Source of the DNA: an uncultured Pseudomonadota bacterium
GTDB lineage: Bacteria; Myxococcota_A; UBA796; SXON01
Direction: 5' to 3'
Length of the DNA stretch: 64,000 bases
Assembly (NCBI GenBank): GCA_903900265.1
Contig: CAIUMM010000226.1
Coordinates: forward strand, 6,893-70,892
In this document: positions 47,601 through 56,952 of the stretch, in pieces
Position numbering within the stretch: position 1 is the first letter of the stretch
How the letters are laid out: the number at the start of each line of letters is the position of its first letter
Notes under the pieces: generated by a model
What the model was told of the DNA's origin: nothing
Seen by the model: only the letters and a program-made list of their open reading frames with translations
The model's database searches: none
Program-made: the position numbers and the translations under genes

Positions 47601-49339
47601 GACAGCCCCGCGCCGAGCAAGGACCGGTACGCGCCACCGGCCGACACAAGCTGCTCGTGCGTGCCGGACTCCACCACTCTTCCGGATTCCATGTACACGA
47701 TCCGGTCCGCGTTGCGCACCGTGGACAACCGGTGAGCGACGACGAGCGTCGTCCGCCCAAACATCAAACGGTCCAGCGCCTCCTGCACCGCCGCTTCGCT
47801 CTGCGCGTCGAGGTTGGAGGTAGCCTCGTCCAGCAACAACACCGCGGCGTTCCGGAGGATCGCGCGAGCGATACAAATGCGTTGGCGCTGACCGCCGGAG
47901 AGCCGCATGCCAAGCTCGTGGATGCGCGTGTCATAGCCGTCGGGAAGCTCACGGATAAACCCATCCGCGTTCGCGCTGATCGCCGCGTCGACGATCGCTG
48001 CGGGCGTCGCATCGGCAACGCCGAAGGCGATGTTCGCAGCGACGGTATCGTCGAACAAAAATGTCTCCTGTGACACGACGGCGATGTGTCGCCGGAGCTC
48101 GGAGAGCCGCAAGGAGCGCGCGTCCCGACCGTCCCAGAGGATGTGTCCGCTGGATGGATCGTAGAGCCGTGGGATGAGGCTCAACAACGAGGTCTTGCCG
48201 CCTCCGGACGGGCCTACCAGCGCCACACGCTCGCCCGAGCGCAAGGTAAGTGACACATCCTCCAACACAGGACCGGCGCCATAGTCGAGCGCAACCGAGA
48301 GGAACTCTATGTTTTTTGGAGCGACCACGGGCTCCGTGCCCGAGACGATCTCCGGCGCTTTGTCCATCAGCGCGAAGACCGTATCGGCCGCCGCTAACGA
48401 CCGCTGCATCAGGGATCCTACCTCGGAGAGGCCGCGCAGCGGCTGATTCATCACCGCGAGCGCCACCAGAAAACCGACGAGGTCCCCCGCCGCCGCCTGC
48501 CCATCGGCGACCTCCATGCCCCCCACCCAGAGCACCGCACCTACGCCCACCGCCGCCACCAGCTCGGTCAACGGCGCAGGCAGGAGCTGCGCAGTCAACG
48601 CCTCGACCTGGGCGGCCTCATGCGCCTCATCCAATCGACGAAACGCGCGGCTGCGGTCCTCCTCTCCCCCAGAGATCAGCACCACGCGCATCCCCGTGAG
48701 CGTTTGCTGGGCGTGGGCCGACAGCGCGGCGGCCGCGTCGCTCGCTGCCCGAGAGGCGCGGCGCACCCACTGTCCCACTCGATGGATCGGGAGGGCCGCG
48801 AGGGGGAGCAGACCGAAGGCGATGAGAGCCAGCTTCGGGTTGGTCACAAACGCGCTCCCAATCAACACAAGCAGCGTCACCGGCTTCTGTACTGCGGTGA
48901 CTACGCCGTTCACGGCGTACTGCAAGGTGTTGATATCTCCCAATAACCGGCTCTGGCGCTCCCCCGAAGGCGTCCGCAGATGCCACGCAAGATCCTGCCG
49001 GAGCAGCTGGTCGTGCAACTTTCCCCGCAGCTCGGTGACCACGCGCCACGCCACCGACCGGGTGATCGAGGCCCGGGCGAAGTTGACCAGCCCGTTGAGC
49101 GCGTACAGCGCAACCACGCCGATCGCGAGCGGAGCTGGGTTACCGCCCTGCACGAGGATGTCATTCAACGTCCAGCGGACGAGAAAAACCGGCACCCCTT
49201 GAAGCACCGAGGCGATCAACACCAGCACGGTGGCCACCGCGAGGCGCCCCCGATGCGGCCAGAACGCACGCCACAGCCGCCGCCCGCTCGAAGCGTGCTC
49301 AGCCACCGGTTGCGTAGGCACCACCCGCCTCTGGCTCAA
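47597..49339 (-). CDS. ABC transporter permease/ATPase, MsbA-like (lipid A/lipid exporter family)
   Basis: 580 aa. Six-helix TMD, then NBD with GPSGGGKTS, LSGGQRQR, LLLDEATS. Sits in an operon with LPS-type genes. Confidence 0.85.
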   Translation of the reverse strand: MSQRRVVPTQPVAEHASSGRRLWRAFWPHRGRLAVATVLVLIASVLQGVPVFLVRWTLNDILVQGGNPAPLAIGVVALYALNGLVNFARASITRSVAWRVVTELRGKLHDQLLRQDLAWHLRTPSGERQSRLLGDINTLQYAVNGVVTAVQKPVTLLVLIGSAFVTNPKLALIAFGLLPLAALPIHRVGQWVRRASRAASDAAAALSAHAQQTLTGMRVVLISGGEEDRSRAFRRLDEAHEAAQVEALTAQLLPAPLTELVAAVGVGAVLWVGGMEVADGQAAAGDLVGFLVALAVMNQPLRGLSEVGSLMQRSLAAADTVFALMDKAPEIVSGTEPVVAPKNIEFLSVALDYGAGPVLEDVSLTLRSGERVALVGPSGGGKTSLLSLIPRLYDPSSGHILWDGRDARSLRLSELRRHIAVVSQETFLFDDTVAANIAFGVADATPAAIVDAAISANADGFIRELPDGYDTRIHELGMRLSGGQRQRICIARAILRNAAVLLLDEATSNLDAQSEAAVQEALDRLMFGRTTLVVAHRLSTVRNADRIVYMESGRVVESGTHEQLVSAGGAYRSLLGAGLS

Positions 49340-50147
49340 ATGTATCGCCGTTCCAAGCGTACCGTTCCACCCCGACGATGCCGGAGGCGTCTACGTCGTA
49401 CACGTTGAAATGAGCGGTGCGCCCCTTTTTGGGCAGGAAGGCGTAACCGGCAGCTCCGGGGTTGAAGATCGGGACGCTGCGGGCGCCCACCGTGGTGCGG
49501 AACCCGTGATGCTCGTGCCCATGCAGCACCGCCTTCACACAGGCGTGCTTGTCGATCAACGCCTCGACCTCGGCCGCGTTGATCAGCGCGCGAGTGTGGG
49601 GTCCGTAGACAGCGCCGCGCCGGTCGCGCAGCGGATAATGCAACCCCAAGATCACCGATTTTGTCGAGTCAGTAAGCGCCTGATCCAGCAGCAGCAGGGT
49701 GGCGGGCTCCGCACGCCCACGCGACATCCAGTCCGCAAAGCACACATCCACGAGGCAGAGCGTCACCGGGCCGATGTCGATGGTGCGGACGGGGCTGAAC
49801 TCGGGGTCAAAACGCTCGCGATACCGACCGGTGCTCTCGCCGGTGTAGAGGTCATGGTTGCCGGGGATGCAGTCAAATGGCATCTTCGCGACGACGGGCT
49901 GGATGAATTCCTTGAAGGCATCAAACTCCGCGTAGGTCGCGGTCGCGGTGAGGTCACCTGTGCAGACCACCCGGTCTGGAGCGAGGCGGAGGAGCGCGTC
50001 AATCACCCCCCTTTGGGAGTCCGCTGAAAAGTGCTTACTTCTACCCATAAGATAGAGGTTCACTGCCCCGAGGAGCCGTTTGTTCCCCAGCTCCGAGAGC
50101 TGAGGGACACGTTCGAGATGGAGATCCGTAATGTGAGCGAGGCGCAT
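49299..50147 (-). CDS. calcineurin-like metallophosphoesterase
   Basis: Track ORF 49299..50288; ATG 50147 (MRLAHITDLHLE). Motifs GDLT, GNHD, LHGHEHH. The 3' end overlaps the annotated start of the MsbA-like gene. Confidence 0.8.
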   Translation of the reverse strand: MRLAHITDLHLERVPQLSELGNKRLLGAVNLYLMGRSKHFSADSQRGVIDALLRLAPDRVVCTGDLTATATYAEFDAFKEFIQPVVAKMPFDCIPGNHDLYTGESTGRYRERFDPEFSPVRTIDIGPVTLCLVDVCFADWMSRGRAEPATLLLLDQALTDSTKSVILGLHYPLRDRRGAVYGPHTRALINAAEVEALIDKHACVKAVLHGHEHHGFRTTVGARSVPIFNPGAAGYAFLPKKGRTAHFNVYDVDASGIVGVERYAWNGDTFEPEAGGAYATGG

Positions 50148-50200
50148 GTTTGTAGACCGTAGCCCACAAGGGGCGCGCCCGGAAGATATGCGGGCATCCA

Positions 50201-50830
50201 ATGATCGACGCCCGAACCCTGTTGGAGCGCGCCGCGGAGCAGCGCCTTTCGTGTGAGTTGATGCCTCGGAACGCCGGAGCGTGGACACGTGCGACCGTAG
50301 AGCGCGTGGAGCGCGGCGGTGTGGTGGTCCGCGTGCCCGACGGAGGCATCCTGCCGGGTGCGGATGTGCGCTGTTGGATTCGCGTCGATGACGTCCCCTA
50401 CACCTTCGATGCGAGCGTCGTACGTACGAGCGTGCCGGTATCGGACCGCACAGAGTCTGGGGTGATGCTGGGTTTTATCGACCGTTTGGAGATCGCAACG
50501 CGCACATCGGGCGGCCTCATCCTCGAAGCGCTCCCTCCAACCGGCGGCCCGGTGTCGCTCTTAGGCGGGTCGGTGCAGGTGGTCGATCTTGAGCCTCAGG
50601 TCTGGACAGTGACGACACCCTCGGACGCGGCGCTGATCTTCGTCGAAGGGGGAAGCCTGCGCCTGCGCATCGCGTTGCCCGATGCGCCGCCGATGGAGCT
50701 CACCGCGCGGGTGCGGCGCCTGACACACGGCAGCGGACACCTGCTCTACGCGCTGGCGATTCAGGACGTGGAAGACGCGGTGCGCTACGCGGACTTGCTC
50801 GACGCCGCACGGTCCACGCTCCAGCTTTGA
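50201..50830 (+). CDS. hypothetical protein, PilZ/YcgR-like two-barrel pattern with degenerate c-di-GMP motifs
   Basis: 209 aa. Two beta-rich halves resemble PilZN plus PilZ. I cannot find a canonical RxxxR...DxSxxG, so assignment is weak. Confidence 0.4.
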   Translation: MIDARTLLERAAEQRLSCELMPRNAGAWTRATVERVERGGVVVRVPDGGILPGADVRCWIRVDDVPYTFDASVVRTSVPVSDRTESGVMLGFIDRLEIATRTSGGLILEALPPTGGPVSLLGGSVQVVDLEPQVWTVTTPSDAALIFVEGGSLRLRIALPDAPPMELTARVRRLTHGSGHLLYALAIQDVEDAVRYADLLDAARSTLQL

Positions 50831-50852
50831 TCGCGGGGCGTTAAGCCGACGC

Positions 50853-51977
50853 ATGGCCAGCACGACCCGCGTTCAGTACGATCTCGCCCGAATCCAGACC
50901 TTCTTCCCCGCGCTCGCAGCGCTTGGAAACCGCTTCGCTGCGGAGCGTCCTTGGGAGGGCCTGACCATTGGGCTGAACATGCACCTGACCACGCTGACCG
51001 CCACGCTGGTGCGCGAGCTGATGCTGGGAGGCGGTCGCTTTGTGCTCGCGGCGGCCAACCCTGCGACCACCGACGGTGCTGTGGTCGAGTACCTCCGTGA
51101 GCTCGGCGTCGAGGTGCACACCGGAGCAGGTCGCTCCGACGCACAAACCGCTGTCGTCGCCGCAAAGCCCGATCTCGTCGGCGACGTAGGCTTCGCGCTC
51201 GGCGAGGAGCTGCTTCGCGCGTCCTTCTCGCCGCCGCTCGGGCTCGTGGAGATCACCGGCACCGGCATCGATCGCCTCCGGAAACGGGCCGCGATTCCGT
51301 TCCCCGTGCTCAACATCAACGATGGAAAGCTGAAGACCGCGATCGAAAACCGTCACGGCGTCGGCGAAGGCCTGTGGCAAGCGTACACCGCGCTCACCGG
51401 ACAGCACCTCGCGGGCCGGCGCGTACGTGTGATCGGCTACGGGCGCGTGGGGGCAGGCGTAGCCGCGTACGCCAAAGCCGGCGGCGCGGTCGTCGAGGTC
51501 GTAGACACCGATCCGGTACGCCAGCTCATCGCGCGGTTTGACGGCCATGTACCTGTAGAACCCGACGCGGTGACCCGGCCGCACGTCGTGGTGACGGCCA
51601 GTGGGACGGCAGGCGCGCTCTCCCTCGCTCACATGGCGAAGCTCCCCGAAGACGCCGTCGTCATCAACGCTGGGCATGGTCCCGAGGAGATCGACGTCGC
51701 GGCCCTCGCCGACGAAGCGACGGAGGTGGACCACATCGGTCCTCGGGTCGTGCGATACCGCCACCCCGCCGGCGGCCACATCGTGGTGCTCGGCCACGGA
51801 AGCCCGCTGAACATCGTCATGAACGCTGGCTCCAACGAGCCCGTCCTCCTGCACTTTACGCTGCTCGCGCTGGGACTTCGTTGGCTGCGGGAAGCGCCGC
51901 GGCCCGCTGGGGAGAACAAGCTTCCCCACCATCTGGAAGCCGAGGTTGCCCGTCTCTGGTTGCCGGGAGTGCGGTAG
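50853..51977 (+). CDS. adenosylhomocysteinase-family protein, short divergent paralog
   Basis: 374 aa. Collinear with the AHCY fold (NMHLTTLTATL, NPATTDG, TGTGIDRL, LNINDGKLKTAIENRHG, IGYGRVGAG, NAGHGPEEID), but many canonical residues are substituted and it is shorter than typical AHCY. Confidence 0.7.
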   Translation: MASTTRVQYDLARIQTFFPALAALGNRFAAERPWEGLTIGLNMHLTTLTATLVRELMLGGGRFVLAAANPATTDGAVVEYLRELGVEVHTGAGRSDAQTAVVAAKPDLVGDVGFALGEELLRASFSPPLGLVEITGTGIDRLRKRAAIPFPVLNINDGKLKTAIENRHGVGEGLWQAYTALTGQHLAGRRVRVIGYGRVGAGVAAYAKAGGAVVEVVDTDPVRQLIARFDGHVPVEPDAVTRPHVVVTASGTAGALSLAHMAKLPEDAVVINAGHGPEEIDVAALADEATEVDHIGPRVVRYRHPAGGHIVVLGHGSPLNIVMNAGSNEPVLLHFTLLALGLRWLREAPRPAGENKLPHHLEAEVARLWLPGVR

Positions 51978-52658
51978 TTGTCGATCTCCGCCACCGGGCT
52001 GGACGAAGCGCTGCTGAACGCCTGGCAGGCGATGAAATCGCAACGTTGGGCAACGGCCCTCGACGCGCTGAACCTGCCGCCGGAGCCCGAGCGTCCCGGG
52101 GCGATGGCACGCCTGCACGCCTTTCGAGCGCAGGCGTCTTTCGAGCTTGGGAAACTTGAAGAAGCCGAAAAAGCAGCCGCAGCGGCGGTAACCTGGGCGA
52201 AGAAAGAGCCAGGCCAAGCGGGCCTCGCGCCCTTACGCGCCTTGCAAGCACGCATCCTCACCAGTCATGCCGCTCACAAAGCCGCGGCGATCGAGCGCCA
52301 AGCGGACGACGCCCTCGCCGATGAGCCGGACAGCACCATCCCTGCAGGTCCAGATGGAGCCGCGATGCGCGTGCGCAAAGCGAACGTGCTGCTCGACCGA
52401 GGGGATCGCGTCGCCGCCGAAACGTTGTCGCTGGCCGTATGGTCCGACCCTGCGGTCCCGCTCCGGGAGCGCATCCTCGCCGCGTTGACCCTCGCGCGCT
52501 GCGGCGACGCAGCGGAGGCCTGGATCACCCGCGCGCACGCGGCGGCCGACGCCGCGGACGACCAGAACCTGCTCGCCGCCGTGGCACGCGCAGCGCGGAT
52601 GACCGGCGTGACCCTCCAATTGATTCATCCCTTCGCGAACCGCGACGGGGCGGGGTAG
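51978..52658 (+). CDS. TPR-like helical hypothetical protein
   Basis: TTG 51978 lies immediately after the upstream TAG. Ala/Leu-rich helical repeats. No other motif. Confidence 0.5.
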   Translation: MSISATGLDEALLNAWQAMKSQRWATALDALNLPPEPERPGAMARLHAFRAQASFELGKLEEAEKAAAAAVTWAKKEPGQAGLAPLRALQARILTSHAAHKAAAIERQADDALADEPDSTIPAGPDGAAMRVRKANVLLDRGDRVAAETLSLAVWSDPAVPLRERILAALTLARCGDAAEAWITRAHAAADAADDQNLLAAVARAARMTGVTLQLIHPFANRDGAG

Positions 52659-52676
52659 ACCCGAAGAGGTGCGGTG

Positions 52677-53144
52677 ATGCGGATCGGAATTTTACGACAT
52701 GCGAGCGCGGAGGACCACGCGCCGACCGGCGCAGACTACGACCGGCGCCTGACGCGCGAAGGCGAATTAGAGCTGGCGCACCAGCTGGATCTCATCCAGA
52801 GCTTTGGTTGGATCCCCTCGATCATCCTCTACAGTCCGCTGGTCCGAACAACGCAGACCGCGCGCGCCGTCGCCGCGCGCCTCCCCGGCGTCCCGATGGA
52901 GGCGACCGACGTCATCCCCCTTGGACTGTTCGAGGAGATCCTCCAAGCCTGTGAACCCCACCGCGCCCCGCTGATCGTCGGCCATGAACCTACGCTCGGG
53001 CGCCTCGTCGCTCGCCTGCTCCACGCACCGCCTTCGGCGACGCCCTTCGAAAAAGCAGGTTTCGCTCTGCTTGAAGTCGACCGCATCCCTGCGTTTCGTC
53101 CCGCCCGCATGGTGTTGTTTCTGCCGCCTCGCCAGATGCGGTGA
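52677..53144 (+). CDS. SixA-type phosphohistidine phosphatase family protein
   Basis: Track ORF 52674 (GTG); ATG 52677 has GAGG 7 nt upstream. Motifs ILRHASA (RHG-type), YSPLVRTTQTA, VGHEPTL. Confidence 0.75.
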   Translation: MRIGILRHASAEDHAPTGADYDRRLTREGELELAHQLDLIQSFGWIPSIILYSPLVRTTQTARAVAARLPGVPMEATDVIPLGLFEEILQACEPHRAPLIVGHEPTLGRLVARLLHAPPSATPFEKAGFALLEVDRIPAFRPARMVLFLPPRQMR

Positions 53145-53201
53145 CTGCGGCGGTGACTACGGAGGCGGAAGAGTATAGATCGCGCCGCTTACGAGACTGC
53201 A

Positions 53202-55430
53202 ATGGCCGTCAACCGCGCTGGCATCGTCGACAACAACGTGACCGCCCTGCTCCGCACGCTCGGGGGAGAGGCGAACGGAAACCCTGATCTGGAGCTACGT
53301 CCAGGCACCTCCCTGACCGGACGACGAGCGCTCGCTCTGTTCCAAACCCAGGTGGAGAGCCGACATCTCGACCTTGCGGCACGAGCGCTCAAAGCACGAA
53401 ATGAGTGTTTTTACACCATCGGGTCCTCGGGGCACGAAGGCAACGCCGTGGTCGCGGCCGCGGCGTCTCCCAAAGACATGGCCTTCTTGCACTACCGCTC
53501 CGGCGCGTTCTTCATCGAGCGTGCCCGACAAGTGCCAGGCGCCACCCCGCTGATGGACATCCTGCTGGGCCTGTGCGCGTCCACGGATGAGCCCATCGCG
53601 GGCGGACGTCACAAGGTGTTTGGGAGCCTTCCCCTCCAGATTCCGCCTCAAACCTCCACCATCGCCAGCCACCTCCCCAAAGCCGTAGGGTGGGCGGTCG
53701 CGATCGAGCGTCGCAAACGACTGCTTCAGTGTGAAGAGAACCGCATCGCGATCTGCACCTTCGGGGACGCTTCGGCGAATCACTCCACCGCGACCGGCGC
53801 CATCAACGCCGCGCAGTGGTTCGCCCACCGCGGCGAGGATTGTCCCGTGCTGTTCGTGTGCGAGGACAACGGCATCGGAATCTCCACCGAGACCGCGCCA
53901 GGATGGATCCAAGCCGCCTACGGCGGGCGCCAAAACCTCGCGTATATTCAGGGAGATGGGCTGGATCTACCCGATGGTTGGGACGCCGCTCAGGCGGCAG
54001 TTCATTGGGTTCGCACCCACCGACGCCCGTTGTTTCTGCACCTGCGCACCGTGCGCCTCCTCGGCCACGCAGGTTCAGACGTCGAGTCCACCTACCGGAG
54101 TCCAGCCGAGATCACCGCCGAAGAAGCCAAAGATCCGCTGCTCTGCACAGCTCGGCTGCTCGTCGCGGCGGGCATCGCGACCGGCGAGGAGCTGGCATCG
54201 CTGTACGAAGGGGTGCGGGAGCGCGTGGCCGCCATCGCAGAAGAGTGCATTCAGCGTCCGAAGTTCAAGACCGCCGCCGAAGTCATCGCCCCGCTGGCCC
54301 CGCACCACCCCGACGCGATTCGGCAGGAAGTGGAACGCAAGCATTCGGCGTCTGAAGCGAAGCCGATCGCGGAAGCCGAAAAACCTCGTCACCTCGCGGT
54401 ACAGATCAACCGCGCGATCGCGGAGATCTTCGCGAAGTACCCCGAGGCACACCTGTTTGGGGAGGATGTAGGAAGGAAAGGCGGCGTCTACCATGTCACG
54501 GCTGACCTCCAAAAGCGCTTCGGAGCCGACCGCGTGATCGACACGCTGCTCGACGAACAGACGATCCTTGGGATGGCGTTAGGCGCCGGACAAGCCGGAT
54601 TGCTCCCTCTGCCGGAGATTCAGTACCTTGCGTACTTCCACAACGCGTGTGACCAGCTCCGCGGCGAAGCTGCGTCACTACAATACTTTTCCAACGGCCA
54701 GTTCCAGAACCCTATGGTGCTGCGCATCGCGGGGTATGCGTATCAAAAGGGCTTTGGCGGACACTTTCACAACGACAACTCCATCGCGGCGCTGCGAGAC
54801 ATTCCGGGTATCATTATTGCGTCACCCGCTCGCGGCGACGACGCGGCCGCCATGTTGCGCACCTGTGTCGCGGCCGCGAAGGTCGACGGCGCGGTCTGCG
54901 TCTACCTGGAGCCCATCGCGCTTTACATGACCCGCGACCTCTATGCGGACGGCGATGGCGAATGGGCCGCTCCCTACCCCGCGCTCGATGAGCACGTCGC
55001 CGTCGGATCCGGACGCGTCTACCCACCGGCGGAAGGCAAGGGTGATCTCACGATCATCACATGGGCGAACGGGCTCTACATGAGCCTCCGCGCCGCCCGG
55101 GTGCTGCGCGAGGAGCACGGCGTCAGCTGCAGGGTGTTGGACCTACGCTGGCTGAACCCGCTCCCCATCGCCGACATTGTCCGCGAAGCAAGCGCGACCG
55201 GGAAGGTCTTAGTCGTTGACGAGTGCCGCCGCACCGGTGGGCTCTCGGAAGCCATCTTTACCGCGCTCGTGGACCAAGGCGTGAACGCCGCGATGGCCCG
55301 AGTCACCGGAGACGACGTGTACATTCCCCTTGGCGGGGCCGCCAATCTTGTCCTGGTACAAGAGCCTCAGATCATCGATGCAGCACGGCAATTGATGGGC
55401 CGCGCTGCTGTTTTGGAGACACACGTATGA
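53202..55430 (+). CDS. TPP-dependent 2-oxo acid dehydrogenase E1 component, fused alpha and beta subunits
   Basis: 742 aa. Alpha part has TPP motif FGDASANHS...VLFVCEDNG. Beta part has FGEDVGRKGGVY, the transketolase Pyr domain and a C-terminal domain (RVLDLRWLNPLP). Confidence 0.85.
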   Translation: MAVNRAGIVDNNVTALLRTLGGEANGNPDLELRPGTSLTGRRALALFQTQVESRHLDLAARALKARNECFYTIGSSGHEGNAVVAAAASPKDMAFLHYRSGAFFIERARQVPGATPLMDILLGLCASTDEPIAGGRHKVFGSLPLQIPPQTSTIASHLPKAVGWAVAIERRKRLLQCEENRIAICTFGDASANHSTATGAINAAQWFAHRGEDCPVLFVCEDNGIGISTETAPGWIQAAYGGRQNLAYIQGDGLDLPDGWDAAQAAVHWVRTHRRPLFLHLRTVRLLGHAGSDVESTYRSPAEITAEEAKDPLLCTARLLVAAGIATGEELASLYEGVRERVAAIAEECIQRPKFKTAAEVIAPLAPHHPDAIRQEVERKHSASEAKPIAEAEKPRHLAVQINRAIAEIFAKYPEAHLFGEDVGRKGGVYHVTADLQKRFGADRVIDTLLDEQTILGMALGAGQAGLLPLPEIQYLAYFHNACDQLRGEAASLQYFSNGQFQNPMVLRIAGYAYQKGFGGHFHNDNSIAALRDIPGIIIASPARGDDAAAMLRTCVAAAKVDGAVCVYLEPIALYMTRDLYADGDGEWAAPYPALDEHVAVGSGRVYPPAEGKGDLTIITWANGLYMSLRAARVLREEHGVSCRVLDLRWLNPLPIADIVREASATGKVLVVDECRRTGGLSEAIFTALVDQGVNAAMARVTGDDVYIPLGGAANLVLVQEPQIIDAARQLMGRAAVLETHV

Positions 55431-56446
55431 GACGTGTCGTATTGGTTTGTCCGGGCCGTGGCTCTTACACGCGCGACCTGCTTGGGACGCTGAGCGGCAG
55501 CGCGAGCCTGCCTTCGGTGCAGACCACCGACGCATTTCGGCGCGCCCTCGGCCGGCCGCCCCCAAGCGAGATGGACGCAGCCGAGAGCTACAGCTCACGG
55601 CTTCACGTCGCGGGAGAGAACGCGTCGGTGCTGACGGCCACCTGCACGCTCGCCGACGCGGATCGGGTAACTCAGGCGGATCAAGTCAGGGTGGTCGGGG
55701 TCATCGGCAACTCCATGGGTTGGTACACCGCGCTCATCGTCGCAGGTGCGCTTCCGGTGACGGAAGGCCTTCGTTTGATCGAGACGATGGGCCAATACCA
55801 AGCCAACAACGTCATCGGCGGACAGCTCGTCTACCCGCTCTGTGACAACGATTGGGCCATGGAGACGACCGAGCCGCTCGAAGCCGCGTTGCGGGACATC
55901 CCCGGCCTGTATGTGTCGATACGGCTCGGTCGCCAGATCGTGTTGGGCGGGACGGAGGACGCCATCCGCGCCGCCATCCGCGTGCTCCCGGAGCGCAAAT
56001 CCGGGGAGCGCATCGCGCCGTTTCAGCTCCCGCTGCACTCGGCGTTTCACACACCGCTGCTGGCCGAGACCGCGCAGCGAGCCCAGTCCGATCTGGGCGA
56101 TCTCGCGTTCGCGCCGCCCGAGGTTCCGTTGGTCGATGGCCGCGGACAGGTTCACTTCCCACGCCACGCTGACCCCGACGCCCTCCGCGACTACACGCTC
56201 GGCGCTCAGGTCACCGCGCCGTATGACTTCACCGTTTCGGTGCGCACCGCGCTTCGGGAGCTGGCCCCGGACGCGTTCGTGTTGTTGGGGCCGGGTGCAA
56301 ATCTCGGCGGCGCCACCGCCCAAGCGATGCTCGACGAGGGCTGGGCGAGGATGCACACCAAAGCCGATTTCCTCGAACGCCAAAGCCGGTCGCCGCTGCT
56401 GCTCAGCTTGCTGCGCCCCGAACAGCGGGCGCTGGTGCTGGGTTGA
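55427..56446 (+). CDS. acyltransferase-domain protein (FabD / PKS AT-like)
   Basis: Track ORF 55223..56446; ATG 55427 overlaps the E1 stop (ATGA). Nucleophile elbow GNSMGWY; downstream LPLHSAFHTPLL (xAFH motif typical of AT domains). Confidence 0.75.
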   Translation: MRRVVLVCPGRGSYTRDLLGTLSGSASLPSVQTTDAFRRALGRPPPSEMDAAESYSSRLHVAGENASVLTATCTLADADRVTQADQVRVVGVIGNSMGWYTALIVAGALPVTEGLRLIETMGQYQANNVIGGQLVYPLCDNDWAMETTEPLEAALRDIPGLYVSIRLGRQIVLGGTEDAIRAAIRVLPERKSGERIAPFQLPLHSAFHTPLLAETAQRAQSDLGDLAFAPPEVPLVDGRGQVHFPRHADPDALRDYTLGAQVTAPYDFTVSVRTALRELAPDAFVLLGPGANLGGATAQAMLDEGWARMHTKADFLERQSRSPLLLSLLRPEQRALVLG

Positions 56447-56934
56447 ACCGCAGCGAGCTCTCCCGCACCGTGCTCGCGCTGAAGGAGGTGCAAAGAGCGG
56501 GATGGGCGCGCGCAGGGCACAAAACCGGCGAGTCGGTGGCCGATCACTCGTGGTCTGTAGCGATGTTGGCGCTGATCCATTGCCCGCCGGAGCTCAACCG
56601 CGAAAAGGTGCTCACGATGGCGGTGCTTCACGACCTCGCCGAGCTGCGCGTCGGAGACATCACGCCCCATGACGGGGTAGCTCCCGCGCGAAAGCACGCG
56701 TTGGAAGATGCGGCGATGGCCGAGTTGCTCGCCGAGCACCCCGATTTGCTGGCGATCTGGCGAGAGGGAGAGCTGCGGGTGTCTCCTGAAGCCAGATTTC
56801 TGAAGCAGCTCGATCGGCTCGATCTCGGCCTGCAAGCTACGCGTTATCAAGAACACGGCTACATCTCCGAGGCCGCGGAGGCCGAGTTTCGAGCATCCGC
56901 GGGGCCTCTGCTCATCGACGCCCCGACATCTTAG
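56443..56934 (+). CDS. HD-domain phosphohydrolase (YfbR/HDDC2-like 5'-nucleotidase family)
   Basis: TTGA overlap with the upstream stop. Motifs ESVADHSWSVAMLA, LHDLAELRVGDITPHD. Confidence 0.75.
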   Translation: MNRSELSRTVLALKEVQRAGWARAGHKTGESVADHSWSVAMLALIHCPPELNREKVLTMAVLHDLAELRVGDITPHDGVAPARKHALEDAAMAELLAEHPDLLAIWREGELRVSPEARFLKQLDRLDLGLQATRYQEHGYISEAAEAEFRASAGPLLIDAPTS

Positions 56935-56952
56935 GCACCCTGACCTGAAGGG

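Noticed and set aside
50841-52217. 458-aa minus-strand ORF
   Set aside because: It is antisense to the AHCY-like and TPR-like genes, which have recognisable motifs and better third-position GC.
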